64,000 nucleotides of DNA from Candidatus Dadabacteria bacterium. GTDB lineage: Bacteria > Desulfobacterota_D > UBA1144 > Nemesobacterales > CSP1-2. The stretch spans positions 672,001 to 736,000 of the forward strand of contig CAWDVW010000005.1 in the NCBI GenBank assembly GCA_963805855.1, written 5' to 3'. The notes beneath the pieces are model-generated. The model did no database searches, was not told the DNA's origin, and saw only the letters and a list, made by a program, of their open reading frames with translations. Positions 9,959-18,345 of this stretch are shown piece by piece (the first letter of the stretch is position 1; the number at the start of each line of letters is the position of its first letter). A program made the position numbers and the translations under genes.

Positions 9959-10732
9959 TTAAGGAATATGAGGAACACGTACCTGAGTCCATCCCGGGAT
10001 TATTTGCGACCAGTCGTCAATATGGGCACTCATTATATGCGTTTGTGTAGCAACGGAGTTTCTTAGAATAGGCAGGTTGTTATTTGTTGGGTCTATTATA
10101 GTTAAACCCGTTTCGGCAAATTGCCCCGGAGTCTTTACGGCGTATGTAAGCGTTACCGTGATAATCTGAACAAGGGTTGCAGGGTCTTGTTGCTGCGAAG
10201 CCATCACATTCTTGACTATATACATATCAGCATTCGGATCAGTGCAGTTGTTCACATCGGTGTCAAAAACAAGCTTTTCCGGGTCGAAATCGTGCGTCTG
10301 AATCGGAGCGCAGGAGGTCTCGTTAAAGGGGTTAGCGGGGGCAGGGGCGGGATTAGGAATCTGAGCTACAGACAAAACTCTCAGGGTATCACATTGCTGC
10401 CCGGGGCACCCGGTGCAAGGGTCTGCGCACGGTGGATTTGTACAGTCGGAAGGCGGCGTGCCGTCACAATAAGAAAAGTCGGGAACCCTTCCAGCAACGG
10501 TGGATGAATGTGCAATCGTATTGAGCAGATGCAATCTCCTTACTTCTTCCATATCCTTATCGGCTGCAAACTGAATCATATTTGTCGCGATGCTGCCAAA
10601 CTCTGACTTTTGTTTCTGCCTTAACGATAGATACTGCATCTCCGCTACCGCTAAGAAGCCTAAAGCCATTATCGCGACCGCGATCAGTATCTCGGCAAGC
10701 GTAAACCCCTCTTGATTTCTAGTTATTTTCAT
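9959..10732 (-). CDS. pilV: Type IV minor pilin PilV
   Basis: QEG|FTLAEILIAVAIMALGFLAVAEMQ; first gene of the operon. ATG 10732 follows GGGGTGGAG and fits the sigma54 promoter position better than track start 10759. Confidence 0.85.
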   Translation of the reverse strand: MKITRNQEGFTLAEILIAVAIMALGFLAVAEMQYLSLRQKQKSEFGSIATNMIQFAADKDMEEVRRLHLLNTIAHSSTVAGRVPDFSYCDGTPPSDCTNPPCADPCTGCPGQQCDTLRVLSVAQIPNPAPAPANPFNETSCAPIQTHDFDPEKLVFDTDVNNCTDPNADMYIVKNVMASQQQDPATLVQIITVTLTYAVKTPGQFAETGLTIIDPTNNNLPILRNSVATQTHIMSAHIDDWSQIIPGWTQVRVPHIP

Positions 10733-10764
10733 ATACTCCACCCCGGCGAGTCTATACAAAACAT

Positions 10765-10780
10765 TGCAATATTCATACCA
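10765..10780 (-). promoter_or_regulatory. Sigma54 (-24/-12) promoter of the minor pilin operon
   Basis: Minus strand TGGTATGAATATTGCA = GG-N10-GC, matching TGGCAC-N5-TTGCA; about 33 bp upstream of the pilV ATG. Confidence 0.75.
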
Positions 10781-10854
10781 CCTAAGATAAAATAGTAACC
10801 TCCTGTAAATTAATAATATTTTACTTCATTCTCATAAGAGAACGGGAAAACATA

Positions 10855-10868
10855 TGCAAAATATTGCA
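10855..10868. promoter_or_regulatory. Candidate enhancer-binding-protein site (palindrome)
   Basis: TGCAA-AATA-TTGCA inverted repeat about 75-90 bp upstream of the -24 element, with an AT-rich segment in between. Confidence 0.35.
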
Positions 10869-10897
10869 CAGACAGTGAAGTTATTTGCGCAACCAAA

Positions 10898-12436
10898 CTA
10901 TTTAGAATCATATCGTGGGAATATGCTCCTGACATCGCCCACGCTGGTCCCCGGGTTGCTTCTACCCCACTCTTTCGCATCCGAAATACGAACCGATTCA
11001 AGTCGCTCCGTATAACCTAATAACCTCCAAATCTCCGTGGCTGAACTGGGCATAAAGGGATACACCAAAATTGCCACTATCCTGATTGACTCAACCAACA
11101 TCCAGAGTATCGTATCCAGCCTTTCCTTTTCGCCGGCCTTTGCAAGTGACCACGGAGAAGATTCGTCAATATATTTATTTACCACTCCAATATAATCCCA
11201 TACTGCCGATAGTGATTTACTGAACGCGATCTCACCCATGCAGTCTTCAACCTCTTTAATGGTCCTCAGTGCATTCTCTCTTATGTTTACATCGGCTTCG
11301 AGGAGTGGGCCCGGGACCGGTATCAAACCGCCGCTGTACTTCTTAATCATTCCGATGGTCCTGCTTACGAGGTTTCCAAGCCCGTTTGCCAGTTCGCCGT
11401 TTATCCGCCCTATGATTGCACTCCTTGAGAAATCCCCATCCTGACCGAATGGAATCTCTCTCAAAAGAAAATACCTGAAAACATCTTGACCGAATTCGTC
11501 AACGATCTTATATGGATCAATAACGTTACCCAGAGACTTTGACATCTTCTCTCCCTCAACTGTCCACCAGCCGTGCGCAAAGACCTGATTGGGAAGCGGA
11601 AGCCCCGCAGACATCAGGAATGCGGGCCAGTACACCCCATGGAAACGAAGAATATCCTTACCCACCAGATGAATATCGGCTGGCCATATCTCCTTCAAAT
11701 CCTCCGGTTTATCAGGAAATCCGGCTGCCGTGAGATAGTTGGTCAATGCATCGAACCACACATAGATTATATGTTTTGAATCTCCGGGCACTGGAATTCC
11801 CCACGAAAAGGTCGTGCGACTCACGCTCAGGTCCTTAAGACCACCTTCCACGAACCGAACGACCTCGTTCCGCCTGTTTTTTGGTTTTATAAATTCAGGG
11901 TGCTTCCTGTAATGCTCAAGGAGTTTCTCTTGATATTTCGATAGACGGAAAAAGTAGCTTTCTTCTTTTATCCTCTCCAAAGGCGGCCGAGTGCTCTCAG
12001 GGAGATTCATATATTCGTCGAGCTGGGTTTCAGTCACAAACGCCTCGTTTCTCACATCATACCAGCCTTCGTATTCACCAAGATATATATCGCCTTTGCC
12101 CTCGATCATGCGAAAAATCTCCTGGACAGCCCTTTTATGCCTATCTTCGGTTGTCCTTATGAAGTCATCATTAGTTATATTGAGCCTTTTCCAGAGATTC
12201 TTGAAACGTAAAACAACCCTGTCGGCGAGCTCAATTGGCTTTATACCGGACGCCTGGGCCGCCCTCTCTATCTTCTGCCCGTGCTCATCGGTACCTGTTA
12301 GGAAAAAAACATCATCACCCCTGAGCCTTCGGAATCTGGCAATTGCATCCGCCGCTATTGTGGTATAAGCATGGCCGATATGTGGAACATCATTCACATA
12401 GTATATCGGGGTTGTGACATAAAAACGCTTTCCCAT
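10898..12436 (-). CDS. metG: Methionyl-tRNA synthetase (short form without the C-terminal tRNA-binding appendix; knuckle lacks Cys)
   Basis: FYVTTPIYYVNDVPHIGH, LTGTDEHGQKI, YVWFDAL, GKDILRFH, KMSKS; 512 aa. Confidence 0.97.
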   Translation of the reverse strand: MGKRFYVTTPIYYVNDVPHIGHAYTTIAADAIARFRRLRGDDVFFLTGTDEHGQKIERAAQASGIKPIELADRVVLRFKNLWKRLNITNDDFIRTTEDRHKRAVQEIFRMIEGKGDIYLGEYEGWYDVRNEAFVTETQLDEYMNLPESTRPPLERIKEESYFFRLSKYQEKLLEHYRKHPEFIKPKNRRNEVVRFVEGGLKDLSVSRTTFSWGIPVPGDSKHIIYVWFDALTNYLTAAGFPDKPEDLKEIWPADIHLVGKDILRFHGVYWPAFLMSAGLPLPNQVFAHGWWTVEGEKMSKSLGNVIDPYKIVDEFGQDVFRYFLLREIPFGQDGDFSRSAIIGRINGELANGLGNLVSRTIGMIKKYSGGLIPVPGPLLEADVNIRENALRTIKEVEDCMGEIAFSKSLSAVWDYIGVVNKYIDESSPWSLAKAGEKERLDTILWMLVESIRIVAILVYPFMPSSATEIWRLLGYTERLESVRISDAKEWGRSNPGTSVGDVRSIFPRYDSK

Positions 12437-12606
12437 TACGAAGAGATCCTTAAATTTTGCTTTTTCGTGATAAGCGATATGAAAATTCCGGGGTCATTTT
12501 TGCACGAGTTAGATAATTAGTAGACAGAATCTTTAATCGTGCTTTTTTCATATAGCCTACTCTTCTTTCTGACTTCTTTGTCTTGATACAAAGAAGCAAA
12601 AATCAA

Positions 12607-12727
12607 GGCTGTCCAAAAATTTGCTAAAAATCATAAACTCCGACTAAAAAATTTAATTCGACCACAACCCGCAAATTTTTCTATACGTCTTCGTTTCTGA
12701 TTTTCTTAACGCAATTTTTGGAAGGCC
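12607..12727. mobile_element. ~121-bp MITE-like element with imperfect terminal inverted repeats
   Basis: Left end GGCTGTCCAAAAATT; right end read on the minus strand GGCCTTCCAAAAATT (13/15). A second diverged copy in opposite orientation lies at 16258-16347. Confidence 0.7.
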
Positions 12728-12883
12728 GTTCAAATCCTTTTCACCCAAAAAAGTAGCGTCATAAATAATTCTACTCATCAAATAGTAAGATTTTTGCCCT
12801 CGGAATGTTTGACTCCTACCTTAACGACGAATTTTTTCAACGTTAAACACCACCTAGACTCACTAACAATCCTAGATTTAATT

Positions 12884-13900
12884 TCATTCGCCTACCTTTA
12901 GGACCAAACTTTCAAGGGCTATCTGTTTATTGGCGTTTAAACGAAGAATCGAATTGGACACCTCTTTGACGAAATTCAGCTTTTCCAATATCTTCTCCAA
13001 ACTGTGCCTGCTTGCATACTCTCGCGATACCGCGATTAGATCCTTATTGATAAGCAAATCCTCATCCAGACCGATCTTCACATTTATCAGATCACGAAGC
13101 CATAGCAAAATAAATTCTAGATATATCTTGAGTTGCTCATTGTCGTCATTGGACGAACCCTTAAGAATAGACTCAACAACGCCAAGCACCGAGGAAGCAA
13201 AATCAGTTTCAACCTGTGATAATCTCTGAATCAGCTCGTTCCTATCTGAAAGAATCTTATCATCTAAAGTCAATGCCCTGCCTAAACTCCCTTCGGAAAG
13301 AAAAGCAATCAAGCCTGATTCTTCACCCGAAAGACCCCTCCTGGTCTTAAGCTCTTCCACGATAAACTCAATTGGGATAGGCTCAAATCGTAATGACTGG
13401 CACCTCGAACGGATTGTCGGAAGTAAAGACTGAGGACTTGACGTAAGAAGAATTATGATTGATTCATTCGGCGGTTCTTCGAGTGTCTTCAGGAAAGCGT
13501 TCTGTGCACTGTGGCTCATCCGGTCCGCCTCATCGACGATTGCAACCTTATACCTTCCTTCAAAAGGTTTAAAATAAAGCCTCGCTTCTACATCTTCGCG
13601 TATTTGATCAACTTTAATATCCCTCAAGCCTTTGTACTCGATCACAAAAACATCTGGATGGATCCCTTTATCGATCTTCCTGCAAGAGTTACAATTGCAG
13701 CCTCCCTGGTTTGAATTCACATCTCTAGGAGACACAGGTTTCAAGCAATTCAAAATCTTTGCAAACCCGAGGGCTACGAGCCTTTTTCCCACTCCGTCCA
13801 GACCAAAGAAAAGATATGAATGTGAAACCCTTCCTTCCGCAACGGCGCGCCGTAACAGATTCTTTTGTAAGTCGTGGCCAATTATGTTATTAAAGTGCAT
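12884..13900 (-). CDS. holB: DNA polymerase III subunit delta'
   Basis: HSYLFFGLDGVGK, CNCNSC zinc motif, HPDV, IVDEADRM, NAFLKTLEEPP, TIRSRC; follows tmk. Likely start MHFNNIIG at 13900 (track start 13954). Confidence 0.95.
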   Translation of the reverse strand: MHFNNIIGHDLQKNLLRRAVAEGRVSHSYLFFGLDGVGKRLVALGFAKILNCLKPVSPRDVNSNQGGCNCNSCRKIDKGIHPDVFVIEYKGLRDIKVDQIREDVEARLYFKPFEGRYKVAIVDEADRMSHSAQNAFLKTLEEPPNESIIILLTSSPQSLLPTIRSRCQSLRFEPIPIEFIVEELKTRRGLSGEESGLIAFLSEGSLGRALTLDDKILSDRNELIQRLSQVETDFASSVLGVVESILKGSSNDDNEQLKIYLEFILLWLRDLINVKIGLDEDLLINKDLIAVSREYASRHSLEKILEKLNFVKEVSNSILRLNANKQIALESLVLKVGE

Positions 13901-14059
13901 TTCAATCAATGTTGATCGTGCATAATCTAGCTTACTTATTATGAATCGCGACATTCATTCTAAGATTCTCTCTATGTCGTGGAAGAAAACACCAACTCCT
14001 CAAAATCCTCTCGCTAATGCCAATTGAACAACCATTGCCCCGGCCATCGAACCTTACAT

Positions 14060-14677
14060 TTATTTTGAATTTAAATGTGAAAGAACCAGGCTGCGTATCT
14101 CGTCCTGCAAAACACTCAGATCCTTCGCGGCATTTAATATTCTTATCCTGGCCGGTTCGTCTTTTGCTATAAGCATGTAGCCCTGTCTTACACGCTCATG
14201 AAAATCAAGGGGCTCATCATCCATTTTAGTTCTGTCGTCCCTCTGGTCTAACCTGGACAACCCTTTCTTAACAGGGATATTTAGGAGTAATGTAAGTTTG
14301 GGGTGTACTTCCAGTGCGGATGCCTTTGCGAGCCTCTTTACGAGCGTGAGGTCAAGCCGGCGCGCGTATCCCTGATAGACAATAGTAGAATCATAGAACC
14401 GATCACAAATTACTATTTCACCGTCCTTGAGTTTGGGAAGAATAAAGTCTTTAACATGCTGGGCCCTGTCCGCACAAAAAAGACATAGTTCTGCGATTGG
14501 TTCTAATTCCAGCTCTCTCTCTTCCAATATCATCCTTCTGATTAGTTTTCCCAAAGCACCCCATCCCGGCTCTCTGGTCAGTGTTACCGTATATCCCTTA
14601 AGCTCAAGAAATTCCTTTAGAAGCTTAGCCTGTGTACTCTTTCCACTACCCTCGATACCCTCAAATGTTATAAACAT
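14060..14677 (-). CDS. tmk: Thymidylate kinase
   Basis: MFITFEGIEGSGKSTQ P-loop, TREPG, ICDRFYDSTIVYQG. Confidence 0.97.
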   Translation of the reverse strand: MFITFEGIEGSGKSTQAKLLKEFLELKGYTVTLTREPGWGALGKLIRRMILEERELELEPIAELCLFCADRAQHVKDFILPKLKDGEIVICDRFYDSTIVYQGYARRLDLTLVKRLAKASALEVHPKLTLLLNIPVKKGLSRLDQRDDRTKMDDEPLDFHERVRQGYMLIAKDEPARIRILNAAKDLSVLQDEIRSLVLSHLNSK

Positions 14678-15041
14678 ATTGGGCCCCTCAAAACGATTAT
14701 AGTTAAGTTCCAAATTCTTTGGCTTTCGCAAAAGAGTTAATTAAGAGTATTTATAACTTATTAACAAGATTCAGGAATCCTACCATAAGATTGGGAAAGT
14801 TGTAAAATCTGTTTAACAGATCAATGCATAACCCGAAAAATACCCCCCAGGGTCATGACCCTTTCTCGTTAACATATAACTAGAAACTTACAGGCGCGCT
14901 CTGAATTATTTCAAAGATGCTGCTGTCCTATTACCGATATTCACTGAAACTTTAACGGTATAAACCTAAATGTCCGAGTACAGTTATTTTCACAAGTCCT
15001 AAACGCACTGTTATAGCTGAAAAATTTATCTGGCAAAAAAA

Positions 15042-15728
15042 CTATCTTCTGCACTGTTCTACGAAGGCCCTGAAAATTCTTTTCGAAATTTCACTTGATT
15101 CTAACTCGGGGTGCCACTGGATTCCCACTACAAATGATTCGACGGATTCCACGCCCTCAATAACGTCATCTGGAGATTTGGCACAGACCCTTAGTCCACT
15201 TCCCAACACCTTTACGGACTGATGATGATAACTCCTGGTAGTGAAGGATTCATTACTCGTCATTGCCCTAAGTCGCGTGCCTTCGAGCAGATGTATCTCA
15301 TGTTCCGACCCGTCTTCGTGACAGATTGCGCTGGCTAATTGCGAACCTATGTCCTGATATAGCGATCCTCCAAAGAAAACATTTATGAGCTGCATCCCCC
15401 CGCAAATGCCCAAAACCGGAAGCTCATTTTTTATGGCGTTTTTCAGCGCTGTAATTTCCGATTCGGTTCTCTCAAGACTCATCGGCCTCAGTTTGGGATG
15501 CGGCTCCTCATTGTAAAACTTGGGATCCATATCCCTTGAACCAGGGAGTAAGAGACCATCAATCTCTAAGAGCACCTCTTCAAATAAACCCATTTTTTCA
15601 GGGATAGAAGGAAGAAGAACAGGAAGTCCTCCAGCATCCGCTACAGCGAAAGCATACTTGCTCTCTATTTGGAAATTCCCATCTTTTATATCTGTGGTTA
15701 TGCCTATAAGCGGTTTGGATTTATTCAT
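15042..15728 (-). CDS. Peptidase C26 / gamma-glutamyl-GABA hydrolase family glutamine amidotransferase
   Basis: KPLIGIT, PVLGICGGMQ (nucleophile Cys), SYHHQ, GIQWHPE. Confidence 0.9.
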   Translation of the reverse strand: MNKSKPLIGITTDIKDGNFQIESKYAFAVADAGGLPVLLPSIPEKMGLFEEVLLEIDGLLLPGSRDMDPKFYNEEPHPKLRPMSLERTESEITALKNAIKNELPVLGICGGMQLINVFFGGSLYQDIGSQLASAICHEDGSEHEIHLLEGTRLRAMTSNESFTTRSYHHQSVKVLGSGLRVCAKSPDDVIEGVESVESFVVGIQWHPELESSEISKRIFRAFVEQCRR

Positions 15729-15856
15729 TAGACTAAATTTAACAAAAATCCCAGCTTTAAGCTAACTTCACCATGATCACATGCCACTCGATTCTTTTGG
15801 AAATGTTACAGAATCGCTCAAAACAATATTTATGGTAGTATTTTCCTGGATTAAAA

Positions 15857-16207
15857 ATGAGAATAATTAAATCTTTGCTTTTTGCCGTATTTCTTATCCA
15901 ATTTTCAATCGTTTTGCTGCCCGGTTGCGAGCGATTATTTAATCCTTTTACAGGCGAGTGGAAGGCGGGTATCCTCACACTCGAATTTAAAGGCGATAAA
16001 GAATTCAAGCTTATCATAGGTGATACAATTTCAATTAACTTAAAGGGAAATTACAGCTATAATAACGATAAACTACTTCTAAATATCGACGGTGGCAGCG
16101 CTGTAAGTTTTTCCTATGAATTTAACAAAGAAAAGGACGAACTCTTATTGACTCCGGAAGCAGAATTCGAATATATTAGAACTGCTGTAAGGCTTCACAG
16201 GGAATGA
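15857..16207 (+). CDS. Hypothetical lipoprotein (beta-rich)
   Basis: Signal peptide with lipobox LPGC; FTGEWK..LEF..F pattern. Confidence 0.7.
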   Translation: MRIIKSLLFAVFLIQFSIVLLPGCERLFNPFTGEWKAGILTLEFKGDKEFKLIIGDTISINLKGNYSYNNDKLLLNIDGGSAVSFSYEFNKEKDELLLTPEAEFEYIRTAVRLHRE

Positions 16208-16257
16208 TTTTACAGGCGGGTAGCCTAATCCTTTTCAGAATGAAAAAAAACTTCAAA

Positions 16258-16530
16258 GACATTCCAAAAATTGCGTTAAGATAATCGGAAAGGAAGGCGT
16301 TAAGAAAATTTGCAGGTCGTGGTTGGATAAATTTTTTAGTGGTTATGTCATCCCCGAGGACTTTTGTCGGGGATCCATCCCCGCCAAAAACATGCGGGGA
16401 CATAGGCTGGATTCCTGCTTACAATCCGCGGGAATGACAACAAGGCGCCGGGCCTGTCCTGAATCCTGAGCCTGGAGCTTAGTCGAAAGGTCGGACTATC
16501 GAATGGCCTTTCCTGAACTCAGCCGAAGGG
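16258..16530. repeat. Nested repeat hotspot: truncated MITE copy, TGTCAT(C/T)CCC...GGGAATGACA palindromes, and CCTGAGC..GTCGAAGG-type repeats
   Basis: 16258-16347 resembles the reverse complement of ~12633-12727. TGTCATCCCCGAGGACTTTTGTCGGGGATCCA 16346-16377; TGGATTCCTGCTTACAATCCGCGGGAATGACA 16408-16439; cctgaactcagccgaaggg near 16512-16530. Confidence 0.75.
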
Positions 16531-16590
16531 TTGCTCACTTGTATCAAGATAGAGAAGTGAGAAAGAAAAAACATTATAAGGAGGAGCGAG

Positions 16591-17031
16591 ATGGCAAGAA
16601 CCAAATCAAATCCAGTTAATCAAACCAGACAGAGGCCATTTATAACGGAGAAGGCTGTCATTTTGAAGCTACCCATTATCTTCAGCCTTATATTTTACAT
16701 CGGGTGTGCCACACTGTCTAGCAATGCAGTCGGGCCGCCTCCGGATCCTGTGAGTGTTAAGGAAATTGTAGAGATGACCGAAGCGGGATTACCTTCAGAG
16801 ATAATTATCAACAAAATCCAACAGTCTCAAACTGTTTACAGACTTCAGGCCAGCCAATTGGTACAGCTCAAGGAGATGGGTGTATCGAATGAAGTAATAA
16901 ATTACATGCAACAGACATATATTGACGCTGTTCGTCAAAATCAGGCTTACGATGATTGGTCAAATTTTACCCTTGCCGATGACGGTTTCTGGTATGGCGG
17001 GCCATTCTATGGCGGACCATTCTGGTATTAA
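16591..17031 (+). CDS. Hypothetical probable lipoprotein with aromatic/Gly-rich C-terminus
   Basis: AGGAGG RBS; hydrophobic stretch ending IGC; helical repeat (EMTEAGLPSEII / QLKEMGVSNEVI); tail GFWYGGPFYGGPFWY. Confidence 0.7.
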   Translation: MARTKSNPVNQTRQRPFITEKAVILKLPIIFSLIFYIGCATLSSNAVGPPPDPVSVKEIVEMTEAGLPSEIIINKIQQSQTVYRLQASQLVQLKEMGVSNEVINYMQQTYIDAVRQNQAYDDWSNFTLADDGFWYGGPFYGGPFWY

Positions 17032-17099
17032 GACCCTAGCGAAAGGATTCTTGCTCATTACAAAGTTCTAACTGTGATCGAAACATCTAACGTTTTTGA

Positions 17100-17372
17100 A
17101 TGATTAGTAGCCTCCTCGGAGCTTTCATCAATGTCACAATACTCACGCGTGGGGCACATTGGCTATTAAAGAAAAGGGTTTCAGATGACCACAAGAGATC
17201 AATTATAGTATTCGGTTCCGTGACCCTTCTTGACTTTGTCATATGGACGATAAACAAGGATTTATTATCGGCGCTCCACATAATGCTCTTCTATTATGTT
17301 CCATTCCTGATTTTATGGCTTGTAACCGATATATTAAGAGCGAGAAAGAAAAGAAATGCCATTCGAAACTGA
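17100..17372 (+). CDS. Small hypothetical membrane protein
   Basis: 90 aa, three hydrophobic segments; overlaps the start of the next gene. Confidence 0.6.
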   Translation: MISSLLGAFINVTILTRGAHWLLKKRVSDDHKRSIIVFGSVTLLDFVIWTINKDLLSALHIMLFYYVPFLILWLVTDILRARKKRNAIRN

Positions 17373-18345
17373 ACGGACTGTAGCAACACAGGCAGTGGTT
17401 AAGGCGTGCAGGCTCTGTGAGACGGTTCGGTCGTCTCTATCATCCGGGGGGTCAATCCTGAAAAAGGATAGGACGCCTGTCACGGTTGCAGACTTTGGTT
17501 CGCAGGCATTGATCAACCTGGAGCTGATGAGTTCATTTAATTATCCAGTCATGGCTGAAGAGGAGGGCTCCGCTCTCCAGTCACCGGATTATAATCATAT
17601 TAAATCAAAGGTCTTAGAATACGTCAACGGGATATACCCCGGTTTGTCGGAGGAAAAAATAATTGCTGCCATTAATAACAGCGACTATAAAGGTGGGCAC
17701 CCCGGTAGATTTTGGACTCTTGATCCTATTGACGGCACGAAGGGTTTTCTCCGTAACGAGCAGTATGCAATTGCCCTAGCCCTGATTGAAAATGGTAAAG
17801 TTGTTCTTGGCATTTTAGGCTGCCCTAATCTACCTCGAAATCTAGAGAATCCAGATGCTCAGAAGGGATGCCTATTCATAGCGGTAAGGGGCAGTGGCAC
17901 AGTAACGAGACAATTAGACGATCCCGAAGAACGACCGGTTGTAGTAGCCGACATAGACGATCCAAGCCGAGCAATCGTGTGTGAGTCGGTCGAGCCCTCG
18001 CACTCCTCGCAGACCGATTCGGATAAGTTCCGAGGAATTCTCAAAATCCAATCCCCTCCGATCCGTATGGACAGCCAGTGCAAGTATGGCCTAGTCGCAC
18101 GGGGTGATTCATCGATCTACCTAAGAATCCCGACATCATCTGATTATACAGAGAAGGTATGGGATCATGCAGCAGGTTTGATAATAGTGGAAGAAGCCGG
18201 TGGTAGGGTTACAGACGTGTTTGGCAATCCAGTCGACTTCTCGGTCGGACGAGGCTTAGAGCGCAACAAAGGAATAGTCGCTACAAATGGAAGGCTCCAC
18301 AGTAGGATTATTAGCGCTCTAAAGGATGGGGTCAGGCATGAATAA
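17356..18345 (+). CDS. 3'(2'),5'-bisphosphate nucleotidase (PAP phosphatase), HAL2/Met22/SAL1-like
   Basis: KDRTPVTVADFGSQA, AEEE, WTLDPIDGTKGFLR, LGCPNLP, DSQCKY, EKVWDHAAG. The last codons (GVRHE*) lie inside the transposon TIR. Confidence 0.92.
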   Translation: MPFETERTVATQAVVKACRLCETVRSSLSSGGSILKKDRTPVTVADFGSQALINLELMSSFNYPVMAEEEGSALQSPDYNHIKSKVLEYVNGIYPGLSEEKIIAAINNSDYKGGHPGRFWTLDPIDGTKGFLRNEQYAIALALIENGKVVLGILGCPNLPRNLENPDAQKGCLFIAVRGSGTVTRQLDDPEERPVVVADIDDPSRAIVCESVEPSHSSQTDSDKFRGILKIQSPPIRMDSQCKYGLVARGDSSIYLRIPTSSDYTEKVWDHAAGLIIVEEAGGRVTDVFGNPVDFSVGRGLERNKGIVATNGRLHSRIISALKDGVRHE

